Notes under the pieces: generated by a model | Told to the model about the DNA's origin: nothing | The model's input: the letters and a program-made list of their open reading frames with translations, nothing else | Database searches by the model: none | Translations under genes and position numbers: made by a program | Part shown: in pieces, positions 9,670-18,830 of the stretch | Position numbering within the stretch: position 1 is the first letter of the stretch | Layout: each line of letters opens with the position of its first letter | IMG/VR virus record: IMGVR_UViG_3300027870_000002 | Span: 1,202-65,201 of that record | Length of the DNA stretch: 64,000 nt | Strand: one strand, 5' to 3' | From: a virus | Lineage: Duplodnaviria; Caudoviricetes

Positions 9670-10260
9670 TTAAGGAATATCAGCGTCTTCAAAGTCGTCA
9701 TGCTCTGGCATAACAGGCGCCTTACGTGCCGGCTTGGCCAGTGCCTGCGCTTCTTCAGGAGCGGTTGCCACAACAGGGCTCTTGTGCGCAGGAGGCGCAA
9801 GGCGCTTGGCGTCGTCGAACAAGCGCGTAGTGTAATGGTCGACATACACTTCGTACATCTCAATCTTTTGTGCGCCCTTGGCTTTGCCGAAATCAATCAT
9901 GTCCTTGGCTAGAAGCGCGTTAACCATTTCGATAGCGTCCTTACGGCTACTCTGGTAGATAATACTATCTTGACGATCAGGCCCTGCTGGAAGCTGACCA
10001 CTCGACCGGGACTGTTTGGTGTTGTCGGGAGCAGCCACTTCTTTGACGGTAGCAGGATCGGCATTCCAATATTCACCATTCTGCGTCGCCTCGAATTCCA
10101 CATACTTACCTTCCAGCTTGGAGAAGTCTTTGCCCTTGGTGCTGTAACGTGTACCGTCTACATACATCGAATACATAAACTTCGGTTCGCCATTCGGCCA
10201 CTTGTACTTGGTCTGAATAGGTGCCGGACAATTTTCAATAAACCCTTTAACCTGCATCAA
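9670..10260 (-). CDS. Single-stranded DNA-binding protein (putative)
   Basis: OB-like N-terminus, acidic tail DDFEDADIP, downstream of DNA polymerase. Confidence 0.7.
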   Translation of the reverse strand: MMQVKGFIENCPAPIQTKYKWPNGEPKFMYSMYVDGTRYSTKGKDFSKLEGKYVEFEATQNGEYWNADPATVKEVAAPDNTKQSRSSGQLPAGPDRQDSIIYQSSRKDAIEMVNALLAKDMIDFGKAKGAQKIEMYEVYVDHYTTRLFDDAKRLAPPAHKSPVVATAPEEAQALAKPARKAPVMPEHDDFEDADIP

Positions 10261-10688
10261 TAGTATTCCTCTCGTAGATGTTCTCTAATCATCATCAATA
10301 GTTGCCCTAAATGATTGAAACCCTTACCTTCACACACGCCCCAATAGGTGTCGTGCCAAGTGTTGCCTTCAATCAATAGGACGTCACCAGTAGCCATAAG
10401 CTTTTGAGCATATTCATCTATGTGAAATTTCTGCAGTAGCAAATCGCACATCACAGACAGCTTAACTTGCTCCCAATCTTTACGAAGCGTTAGCCTATAT
10501 CCCTGAGCCTTGGCTCCATTAGGACTCACCTCCGCCTGCACACGCAGGCGTTCTTCTTTGTCCAACGTCTTCGCTGCCTGATATGCGTGCTCAATAGTCG
10601 GATATTTAACACCGTCTAATTGCACTACGGATGGAGCGAAGTTGGACAGCCATCTATACTCTCCTCCGAAGTAGGTTATGTCTGCCAA
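10257..10688 (-). CDS. NADAR (YbiA-like) family hydrolase
   Basis: WLSNF, EHAYQAAK, LRKDWEQVK, EGNTWHDTYWG, NHLGQLLM. Confidence 0.9.
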   Translation of the reverse strand: MADITYFGGEYRWLSNFAPSVVQLDGVKYPTIEHAYQAAKTLDKEERLRVQAEVSPNGAKAQGYRLTLRKDWEQVKLSVMCDLLLQKFHIDEYAQKLMATGDVLLIEGNTWHDTYWGVCEGKGFNHLGQLLMMIREHLREEYY

Positions 10689-12559
10689 ACTAGTGTCTCC
10701 CTTTCATCTGGAAATGCCTTCACTTTATATCCCTTACCACTACCCCACTTATCCCCCCACTTAATCTCCGCTCCTAGCGGGACAGTGAATTCGTAGCCAT
10801 ACACTTCTTCAAGAAAGTTGTACACGTCTGTTGTGAATGCGTGTGCAATAATCTCCTTGAGCCTGTCCATGTCTGCGTCTTCTCTCACTTCCATGATGAT
10901 AGAGTCATGCACTGTAAGGATGATACGCACAGGCCAATCCTTAAGCTTGCGCCACAAACTTACGAGAACGATGGGGATGATTTCTCCTGTAGCAAATCCC
11001 TGAATGGGATAGTTGAAGATGGAGGTGGTGTTAGTGATGAAGCCGCTCTTCGTCACCGTCGTGTCGGGCCAATAGAAGATGAGCCCGTACGGTGTACGTA
11101 GCTCCTTGTCTCTCAGAACATCATACGTCCAACTGGTTTGTGTCTGATAGATGCCCGAGTATTTCTTCTGGAAGAATTCGCAGTATTTCTTTTCTGCTGG
11201 ATGCTGACCTCTGCCTCCGTACAACGGCTTGAATGTTTGAGGTTTGGCTGGCTGTCGCGCAGCCTTAGCATCAAGTCCCTTAAAATCTGGGTGCGTTCCA
11301 TCGTCTAGAAAAACTGCTGCTGTTGCGGAGTGGATGTCTGCGTCATTACAAATTTCTTCGTATGCCACATCATCGTGCCCCATGTCAGCTGCGACACGGA
11401 ATTCAATTTGACTCCCGTCTGCCTCTAACATCACCCACCCGCTCTCCCGAGGAGTGACGAGTCTCTTATACTCGCGGGGCATGTTCTGCAACTGTGCTGT
11501 CAGCTCGTCTCCATTCTCGTCGATGAGCTTTCTTCCGCTACTGCTAAGTCTGTGTGTGCCTGTGCTTCCCTGATTGAACGCTCCGTGGAAAATACCATTA
11601 TGCTGGTCGCACACATGCTTGAAAAACTTAAGCGTCTTACTTAGCTTAGTGGCCAGTTTAGCCAGTTTAGAATACGTTGAAATAAAGTGGCGTTGTTCTT
11701 TCGTAGCGGCACGGAGCTGGGCGATAGTGCCTGCGGAAGCAGAACGGGCGCCGCCTGCTGTACGCACTGGGTTGCCGCGGCGGTCTTTGACTTCTTCAAA
11801 CCCGAGCGTGTCGTAGAGGAGGCTCGCGACTTGTTGCTTCGAGTTGTAGTTGATGGGCGCGATGCTTTCGAGTTCACGTTTCGTGTCTTCGTGTTCCTTG
11901 ACGACTTGGTAGTATTCTTCTTCGACGGCTTGCTTGTCAAGATGGATTCCTTGTTTTTCAATGTCCGTTAGGACAGGGGTTAGTAGGCAACGAGCATAAA
12001 CTAGGTGAAGCTGTTCTCTCTCTACAATCTCCTCTCTTTGACAACGGAATAGCTCTAAAGTTCCCCGAACATCCTCATAACAATACGCATGTAACATGCT
12101 GCGAGGAATGTTGGCAGGATCGATGCCGAGCTTAATCATCCCACCTACTACATCTTCCTTGCCCTGCAGGCCCCTGCGCACGAGCATGGAATTCAAATCC
12201 TTTAAGAGCCGGCGATTTCCGGCGATGACCCACTCAGCTAACATCGTGTCCCACACGAGAACATCGTGTAGGTCGAGGCCTATACGGTCTAGCCAGCCAA
12301 GCTCAAACTTGGCGTTCTGTGCTACGATGAAGTCTACTTCCTGTACAGCCTTGAGCAATTCCTGCTGCTCGTATTCCTGTCCGAAGCAGCTGTGATATTT
12401 GTTGTCTCTGCTGTCATACCAGACAGCTAGGACAAGTTGGTTGGCGAGATTGAGAGGGCTTCCGAATTCAAGTGTGGTCGTTTCAAAGTCGATGACGAGG
12501 TATGTGCCTGTTAAGTATTTGTCGATAGCGCCCCCTGTACTTCGAATTCTTCTATCAAT
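10676..12559 (-). CDS. Family A DNA polymerase with 3'-5' exonuclease; probable ATT start
   Basis: ExoI YLVIDFET upstream of the ORF-track start; QNAKFE; motif A EADGSQIEFR, B RQPAKPQTFKPLYG, C VHDS. Confidence 0.93.
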   Translation of the reverse strand: MDRRIRSTGGAIDKYLTGTYLVIDFETTTLEFGSPLNLANQLVLAVWYDSRDNKYHSCFGQEYEQQELLKAVQEVDFIVAQNAKFELGWLDRIGLDLHDVLVWDTMLAEWVIAGNRRLLKDLNSMLVRRGLQGKEDVVGGMIKLGIDPANIPRSMLHAYCYEDVRGTLELFRCQREEIVEREQLHLVYARCLLTPVLTDIEKQGIHLDKQAVEEEYYQVVKEHEDTKRELESIAPINYNSKQQVASLLYDTLGFEEVKDRRGNPVRTAGGARSASAGTIAQLRAATKEQRHFISTYSKLAKLATKLSKTLKFFKHVCDQHNGIFHGAFNQGSTGTHRLSSSGRKLIDENGDELTAQLQNMPREYKRLVTPRESGWVMLEADGSQIEFRVAADMGHDDVAYEEICNDADIHSATAAVFLDDGTHPDFKGLDAKAARQPAKPQTFKPLYGGRGQHPAEKKYCEFFQKKYSGIYQTQTSWTYDVLRDKELRTPYGLIFYWPDTTVTKSGFITNTTSIFNYPIQGFATGEIIPIVLVSLWRKLKDWPVRIILTVHDSIIMEVREDADMDRLKEIIAHAFTTDVYNFLEEVYGYEFTVPLGAEIKWGDKWGSGKGYKVKAFPDERETLVWQT

Positions 12560-12693
12560 GAATATTCTCCATTTCCCACTTCTAGTTGGACTTCTGCTAC
12601 CGAAGCATCTTCGTAGGTGGCGAAGACACCAACAACAGTGCTGCCCTCATAATCAAGTCCGTGCTGTAGAACATATACTTTGTTCATCCCCAA
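12511..12693 (-). CDS. Small hypothetical protein
   Basis: VYVL...YEGSTVVGVFAT type small phage protein. Confidence 0.6.
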   Translation of the reverse strand: MGMNKVYVLQHGLDYEGSTVVGVFATYEDASVAEVQLEVGNGEYSLIEEFEVQGALSTNT

Positions 12694-12896
12694 AATCCCA
12701 TGTCCTGTGTTTCCCCGAACGACAAATCGCTATCGTCTGGCTCGCCTTCGTATGGGGGGTCATACACTTGGCTTTCAAGGAACAAAGCCTCGCCGTTTTT
12801 ATTCTTCCCAACACACCGCTCGCCCTTTCCGACACGATAGCCGAGAGCATTCCATTCTTTTAGTGTAAGTCTCTTCATTTGAATTGTCTTCCTCAT
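12684..12896 (-). CDS. Hypothetical protein
   Basis: TLKEWNALGYRVGKGER...LFLESQV. Confidence 0.65.
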   Translation of the reverse strand: MRKTIQMKRLTLKEWNALGYRVGKGERCVGKNKNGEALFLESQVYDPPYEGEPDDSDLSFGETQDMGFWG

Positions 12897-13133
12897 TTGA
12901 ATATGTCCATGTAGAACAGAATAGCAAACAGCGTTAAAGCAAAGGCTTTGTAAAAGCTTGTTATTGTTTTTATGTTCTTAGCCTATGAATATGGAACAAA
13001 AAGAAATAGAGAAAACTAGAAACCAACACCCCCCCTCCCCCTCACGCTTTGTGAAGAGTTTCTCCACTTAAGGAGCCCCCGTTAGGGGAGAACGAAAGAC
13101 AAAAAGAGACAAAGAAAAAGATTTGTAACAGGC

Positions 13134-13160
13134 TTAGACAGCCTTGTCTCAAGAAAGTTC
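13134..13160 (-). promoter_or_regulatory. SigmaE/AlgU-type promoter upstream of the DNA polymerase operon
   Basis: GAACTT-N16-TCTAA. Confidence 0.55.
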
Positions 13161-13310
13161 AATCTCCCCTTCATGTGAGAAGCTAAGTGTCTTATCTTCG
13201 TTGATTTGCTCCAAACATCGGCGATCTTCGTTCATCCTGTGCCAGCCATGCGCAGGGCCTTCTCCTAGGTATAGCCTGCCAAATTGGTCTGTAAATACGT
13301 TGTACTTCAT
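13149..13310 (-). CDS. Hypothetical protein
   Basis: MKYNVFTD... ORF. Confidence 0.5.
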   Translation of the reverse strand: MKYNVFTDQFGRLYLGEGPAHGWHRMNEDRRCLEQINEDKTLSFSHEGEIELS

Positions 13311-13657
13311 ACAAGACTCGCTATTCCTAGATAGGTGAGGGTGTGCAGGTATTGATCCGCACCAAGCAGCCACCAAAACTTCTCGCTGCTCTCGGCCTTC
13401 CAGCCGTAGTGCTTGTTGACGTTCATCTTAGCCCAATCAATGTGGTAGTGGACAACGCCATCCAGCAGCCCAACTGCCAGCGCAGCGGGCAGGCCCAAGC
13501 CCAGCAGGGCTACGATGAAGGCTGTCGCTGCGGCGTGTAGGCCAGCATGCTCAAGACCTCCGGGATGGCCATAAGTTCCCTTGTTCATCCATTGGTAGGG
13601 GCGCTGTAGAAAGAAATCTACAATCAGATGTTTGGTGAATAACCAGAACAGTAGCAT
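13307..13657 (-). CDS. DUF3307 membrane protein
   Basis: KHLIVDFFLQ...HAGLH...HYHIDWAK...GADQYLH. Confidence 0.85.
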   Translation of the reverse strand: MLLFWLFTKHLIVDFFLQRPYQWMNKGTYGHPGGLEHAGLHAAATAFIVALLGLGLPAALAVGLLDGVVHYHIDWAKMNVNKHYGWKAESSEKFWWLLGADQYLHTLTYLGIASLV

Positions 13658-14019
13658 TAGTAGGTCTCCGCGTGCCTTTCTAGCAGGTCCGCAATTTCTG
13701 GAAAAGATAGGTTTAATTCATCATTGCAATATGCAGCACTACACCAGTTCCCACCACAAAACAAAAACGGATTGAAACAGCTACCCTTTACAGGTTCCGT
13801 AATACCTTTAGAAGCGCCCCATTTCGGTGAGGGCACTTCCATATTAGCTTCTACAACACCATCAAGTGCGTGCTGTAAAACCCCCAAACAACAATAGCTA
13901 TCTGTCTTAGCATCAAACATAGTGTGCTTTCCTTGCTGATATTCCCCACTGCGCAAAGCCGCTGTCCACTTCTTCAACAGAAGTTTGGGGATTCTGAATA
14001 TCTTCTCAACGCTTTCCAT
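13657..14019 (-). CDS. Hypothetical phage protein
   Basis: KWTAALRSGEYQQG...CCLGV...SFPEIAD. Confidence 0.7.
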   Translation of the reverse strand: MESVEKIFRIPKLLLKKWTAALRSGEYQQGKHTMFDAKTDSYCCLGVLQHALDGVVEANMEVPSPKWGASKGITEPVKGSCFNPFLFCGGNWCSAAYCNDELNLSFPEIADLLERHAETY

Positions 14020-14554
14020 TTAACACCTCGTCTAATAGAATGGGACGAAAGTTGGTCTGTTCTACGGACACACAGACGTAACGCTCGTCCCTCACAAATT
14101 CTGATATGACGCCAATGCCTGTCATAGTTTCTATTTCTTCGAGGACACTGGTAGCATGCAGATGCCCGTGCACGTTAACAGCCCATCGGTTTAGCTGAGA
14201 TGGATGGACAGGGATGTGCGTGAGAATAGCCTTGCCATGCTGAGAACATCCTCGAACGTCGTCGAAATACTCTGCATATTCGCCTAATGCGCCGGTATCG
14301 TGGTTGCCCTTAACGAGAATTTTACGTCCATTCAATTCCCTCGCAAGCCAAATGTATTTCTTGTTGACAGCGAAATCACCAAGCACATATACCATGTCGT
14401 GGTCATGTACAACAGCGTTCCAATTTTCAATCAGTGCCTTGTTCATATCGTCTGCATTGTCCCAAGGCCGCAGCTTAGTGCCGTCGGCCTTGAGAAATTC
14501 GCATACACCTTGGTGTCCGAAGTGTAGGTCGGCTGTTACAAACGTCTTAGCCAT
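14006..14554 (-). CDS. Calcineurin-like metallophosphoesterase
   Basis: DLHFGH, LGD, GNHD, THIP, HGHLH. Confidence 0.92.
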   Translation of the reverse strand: MAKTFVTADLHFGHQGVCEFLKADGTKLRPWDNADDMNKALIENWNAVVHDHDMVYVLGDFAVNKKYIWLARELNGRKILVKGNHDTGALGEYAEYFDDVRGCSQHGKAILTHIPVHPSQLNRWAVNVHGHLHATSVLEEIETMTGIGVISEFVRDERYVCVSVEQTNFRPILLDEVLNGKR

Positions 14555-14557
14555 ATT

Positions 14558-14797
14558 CTACCCAATCTCCAAGCCCTGTTTGACGGGCGTTCCGTAATCG
14601 GCGCTTTTCTTGGTAAGTTTATTGTATCTAGTTATCAATTCTTGCGCGGCGGCGTACGAAGGCAGCTTTGCATATCTTACGTAAGAGAAAGGCCACCACA
14701 TGGCATCTCTATAAAGGTCGCTATCCAGATAGGTGTATAAAAGCCAGCCACGACGAACAGCGTATGTCCCGTCTTCAAACTTCACAATTTTCATCAC
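14558..14797 (-). CDS. Hypothetical protein
   Basis: ORF. Confidence 0.6.
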   Translation of the reverse strand: MMKIVKFEDGTYAVRRGWLLYTYLDSDLYRDAMWWPFSYVRYAKLPSYAAAQELITRYNKLTKKSADYGTPVKQGLEIG

Positions 14798-15996
14798 ATG
14801 TTCTCCACTCTGGAAATGAATTGGTGCATCTTCACTAGGAATTGCTGATGCAATCCCCCCACCTTATTCTTAGGCAGGCTAATACCGCGGATGCTCTGGC
14901 TCTCGTATTGCTTGGTGACGCCTACACCAATCATCACATCTACAGCAGCAGGAATGCCTGTGTTGCTGAAGTCTACGTCTCCCATGTCCAAGAATATCTT
15001 CTCGTCAGCACTGTCTCCTGCCTGTGTCACACTGATAGCCAAAGCATTGTGCTTCTTAGCCAGATTGCGCATGCCTGTAGCCGCAGCTTCCAGCTGATTG
15101 ACACGGGTGTCAGCCTTAACATGTAGGTTGCGTATCTGATCGACGATGAAACAGTCGGGGCGATACTTTGACAGGATGCGGTCGATGAATTGAGGACTGC
15201 CCGGATTGATGGGAATAAAGCGCAAGTTCGCCCATCCTCGCTCATCTAGCAGCTTCTGCGCAGCTTCTGGGTTGGTCTTGATTTGCTCCTCTGTCATGCC
15301 CGTGAAGCAGCATTGCGCTCTGAGGATGGTGTCCTCGACAGGCTCTTCATTTCCGAAGATGATGACGGACAGTCCCTGATAGGCTAGACCATAGGCCATC
15401 GTAAGGGTGATGGCCGTCTTACCCGTTTCTGGCCGTGCATATACGAGGAAGTGGTGGCCTCGTCTAGTCTTGCCGCGTAGCGCGTCATTCAGTGCCTTGG
15501 GCAGCATCTTGATACGAGCACCAATATCTGATAGCTCTTCGATTACAGAAGCAATGGATACGTTGTGGTATTCTTCTTCATCATCTTCCTCCGCTGTCTC
15601 AGCGATGTTGTCGTATTCAGCACGCAGGTCTTCGATAGCCTTCTCGTCTCCGTTCAGGAGCGCTTCAGCTAAGCGATTGCCTACGTCTTTCTTACGCCCA
15701 TCCAACACAAGATGGGCTACATTCTCAGCCGACACATCCATTGCTGCGCATTCACGCAGGTAGTTGACATAGACGTTGCTGCTCTTGTCTGGCAAATCGT
15801 TTCGGATTTGCTGTTCGATAATATCTACATCAACTTTCTCCGCCTTTATGTCCCGTTCATACCACTTGTTGAACATGCCCAGAAGCAGTGTGGTGTACGG
15901 GCTATACCCGTCTTTGATGTCAGAGCTACCAGCAATCTTGGAGAATGCACTCCTAGATTTGATGGCAGCTGCGACAATTTTCTTTTCGATGCTCAT
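14794..15996 (-). CDS. DnaB-like replicative helicase
   Basis: Walker A ARPETGKT, NEE, IVDQ, SVTQA, KNK. Confidence 0.92.
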   Translation of the reverse strand: MSIEKKIVAAAIKSRSAFSKIAGSSDIKDGYSPYTTLLLGMFNKWYERDIKAEKVDVDIIEQQIRNDLPDKSSNVYVNYLRECAAMDVSAENVAHLVLDGRKKDVGNRLAEALLNGDEKAIEDLRAEYDNIAETAEEDDEEEYHNVSIASVIEELSDIGARIKMLPKALNDALRGKTRRGHHFLVYARPETGKTAITLTMAYGLAYQGLSVIIFGNEEPVEDTILRAQCCFTGMTEEQIKTNPEAAQKLLDERGWANLRFIPINPGSPQFIDRILSKYRPDCFIVDQIRNLHVKADTRVNQLEAAATGMRNLAKKHNALAISVTQAGDSADEKIFLDMGDVDFSNTGIPAAVDVMIGVGVTKQYESQSIRGISLPKNKVGGLHQQFLVKMHQFISRVENM

Positions 15997-16817
15997 GCAA
16001 ACATCCTAGCGATCTCTTCTGAAGGCGTATCCTTCAAGTCTTTCTTCAAGGGCATGAAAGACACGTTGTCAATGATGCCCTGTAGCTGGCGCACATACTT
16101 AGCGCCAATTTCTTTAGCATCCTCGTCCAAAGCAAATATCAAACGCTTAGGTTTGAAGCGCACAAGTTCATCAATCTTTCCATTGGAAAGTTGCGTAGAC
16201 AGCAGTGCGCAGCAATCCACCTTGGCAAACCTAGCCGTCTTTATAGCAGACAACTGATCTTCCACAACCACCAGTGCCGTTGCTAGGTTAGACTGTGAAA
16301 CATACAGGCGGTTCCCTCCCATGAAGTGGAAGGACATGCATGCGGCAGCGCTATCGCTTAGGTAGGTGAGGGCCTTTGGCGTCTCGCCAGAGAGGCTCCG
16401 CAGCGTATACCCTACGCACCTACAGAGGCGGTCTTTGATGGGCATAGCGAGCCTGCCACGACCGCTGGGCACCCATCTAAATCCCTCCCAATTGATGTCA
16501 GCATTAGTGAGTTCATACTTATCCTTCAACACCTCCCTCACACCTGTGGGGATGTCCTCAAAGGGAACCAGTAGCTTCTCATGGGCTACGGTTTTTCGTG
16601 GTACGTTAGAAACAGCGCCTGTATTCATGGCGAGGCTCCCTTTAAATCCGCACTTTGCCCTAAAGCAAATCCACTGTATCTTGGCAGGAGATACATTGAT
16701 AGACAACGACTGGTCATGGTTAAGACCACCCTTGCACGAGGGGCATCTCAGTTTGCTGTGCTGTCCCTGCCCCAACTGCAGGGCTATCAACTTTACTTGG
16801 CTCCTTAAATCTATCAT
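15993..16817 (-). CDS. DNA primase (Zn finger + TOPRIM)
   Basis: CPSC...CFRAKC; VVVEDQLSA; LDEDA. Confidence 0.9.
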   Translation of the reverse strand: MIDLRSQVKLIALQLGQGQHSKLRCPSCKGGLNHDQSLSINVSPAKIQWICFRAKCGFKGSLAMNTGAVSNVPRKTVAHEKLLVPFEDIPTGVREVLKDKYELTNADINWEGFRWVPSGRGRLAMPIKDRLCRCVGYTLRSLSGETPKALTYLSDSAAACMSFHFMGGNRLYVSQSNLATALVVVEDQLSAIKTARFAKVDCCALLSTQLSNGKIDELVRFKPKRLIFALDEDAKEIGAKYVRQLQGIIDNVSFMPLKKDLKDTPSEEIARMFA

Positions 16818-17379
16818 CGATATTCACCCGAAGCCTACTAAATCGCGTCTTGACTTGTTTAATTGCATTTGCAAAAGTACGCTTGGTCCAACTGAGGGTA
16901 GGCGGCGTAATGGGCATGTTCCTAAGAATATGTGTACTGTGCAGATATCTGGAGTTGGTGATAAGAAGCATCACCATTAGCAAACTGGAGCCCGGATGTA
17001 CAGGGTTCTCAAATAAAGGGGAGCACATGTATGTCCATTTTTTCCCGGCCACAATGGCCGCCATAATGTCCCCCGTACAGGCGGTAATGGCGGTTTCCTT
17101 AACTATGGCGTTTCCACGTAAAGGCGACAGATCGAGATGCCGCTCCAGACTGCTTGTGTTATTCAAATTGTCTGAAAGGATAACACTACTATTTCCAAAT
17201 TTCGCTATGAATGCCTTCATAAACGCGTCAGAATTTACAACCGCCGTGAGATGCTCCTTTGAAGTGAGGGGCCCTACAACCTTCAAGAAAGCAATATCAT
17301 TAAGCCCGCAGTTGCTTGAGCACTGCTTCGCGTACCCTCCAATACTAAACTTCTTATCTTCAAAATAAAATTCAGACAT
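16720..17379 (-). CDS. Hypothetical protein (NCG/CCG-motif family)
   Basis: SSNCGLN...FENPVHPG. Confidence 0.65.
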   Translation of the reverse strand: MSEFYFEDKKFSIGGYAKQCSSNCGLNDIAFLKVVGPLTSKEHLTAVVNSDAFMKAFIAKFGNSSVILSDNLNNTSSLERHLDLSPLRGNAIVKETAITACTGDIMAAIVAGKKWTYMCSPLFENPVHPGSSLLMVMLLITNSRYLHSTHILRNMPITPPTLSWTKRTFANAIKQVKTRFSRLRVNIDDRFKEPSKVDSPAVGAGTAQQTEMPLVQGWS

Positions 17380-18818
17380 TACACATTACCCATTAGAGCC
17401 GGATCACGACAGCATGTTGCACAAATCGGATAGGCGCCTGCGCCTGACGTGTGCCACCCTAGATGAGGAGCATCGGCCAAACTAATGTTGCAGGTGCAGT
17501 TGCTACACCCATCCTTTACCAAGCTGAGAAATTCACCGACAGTCACAAGCTTACCTCGTGGCCCTTTAACACCGGCCGCCCAAGGAATGTCATCTAAGTC
17601 ATCTAAATCTGCAAGCGTTGGCGGCTCTTCTGTTTTAGATTCCTTGCGCTCACGCTCTTCATTTGTAAAGAAAGACACGTCAGGAGGAGACAGGATGATT
17701 ACAGACTGGCATATCCCCGTCTTCTTGTCGATGATGTTTCGCATACCGATGACATTGCACAGAACGCGGTCTGCATCACGCACATTTTCCATCACTGTTT
17801 GAGACATGCTGCGAATCACCGCGTCCTTGATGATTGCAGCCTCATCATCGACCTCAGTGATTAGTTCGCCACGCAAGTCCCAGCGCTGTTGATTAGTGGT
17901 GCCAACAGATTCTCTTGCAATCTCTGCCCGCGAGAAAAAGAATTCTACCTTCTCCATGTGCTTAAACCCACTCTTGTTCAGAGCTGTGGGGGTATAGAGG
18001 TCTTCCACTAGAAGGTTGGCGTTGTCAGTTACCAGTCGCGAAGACCCGCTAGGCCGAAGATGCTCCCGTGGAGCGTGGGCAGTTGCAACGGCGCGCTTGG
18101 GTTCTGGTACAGCTTCCACAGCATACTGTCGCAAATCTCCTCGCGGATCAAACGTATAGATTTGCCCCTTCTCTGGGTAAACTGGGCGCTCGATAGCCAA
18201 GCCATTGCGGGAAGCCAGAGCATACAACATCTGGGCTTCTGATGCAATCAGCATCTGGTTCTTGCCATCAACGTATGCCCAGTGAATGGGGCGGCCACCA
18301 TTAGCAGCGATATGAATGCGGTTGTCTGGAGTGCTAGCCCAAACAAGGGCGTAGGCACCATGCAGATGATTAGCCATAGCATCCAGTGCGCCGTGTTTGG
18401 CAATCTTGTAGTAGAGCCAGTCACTGTCAACCTCGAAGCTGACATTATCCTCTTTGCGCATCCATGTATTCAACGTGCCGTTGTGCACGCCGATAATCAT
18501 ACCGTCATCAGTGTAGTGCTCAAACGGATGAGCATTCTCTTGAGAGACAGTACCATGTGTTGCAGCACGATGGTGCATGATGGTGGCAAGGCTAGTGTCT
18601 GCATCCTTGAAGAAATCTTGTGCCCGCTTGTTGCGAGCAAAGTGGTAACCATCCACGTCAAGCTTGTGGTGGCGAATGTTCCATCCCTTATTCACCTGAA
18701 ACACGCCAGTGCTGTCGTCGCCTCTCACCAAGCCCCAGATGGAGCCCTGAAGCATGTATTGTTGAAGCCCTTGGTTGTAGCCAGTGTCGCCGTTAATGAT
18801 GCCAAGAATTCCGCAAAT
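17379..18818 (-). CDS. Class II (Ntn) glutamine amidotransferase; ATT start giving M-C-G-I-L-G
   Basis: AAGGAG-N8-ATT TGC GGA ATT; RGDDSTG, HHRAATHG, NAHPF, HNGT, VDSD. Confidence 0.92.
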   Translation of the reverse strand: MCGILGIINGDTGYNQGLQQYMLQGSIWGLVRGDDSTGVFQVNKGWNIRHHKLDVDGYHFARNKRAQDFFKDADTSLATIMHHRAATHGTVSQENAHPFEHYTDDGMIIGVHNGTLNTWMRKEDNVSFEVDSDWLYYKIAKHGALDAMANHLHGAYALVWASTPDNRIHIAANGGRPIHWAYVDGKNQMLIASEAQMLYALASRNGLAIERPVYPEKGQIYTFDPRGDLRQYAVEAVPEPKRAVATAHAPREHLRPSGSSRLVTDNANLLVEDLYTPTALNKSGFKHMEKVEFFFSRAEIARESVGTTNQQRWDLRGELITEVDDEAAIIKDAVIRSMSQTVMENVRDADRVLCNVIGMRNIIDKKTGICQSVIILSPPDVSFFTNEERERKESKTEEPPTLADLDDLDDIPWAAGVKGPRGKLVTVGEFLSLVKDGCSNCTCNISLADAPHLGWHTSGAGAYPICATCCRDPALMGNV

Positions 18819-18830
18819 GACGCTTTCTCC

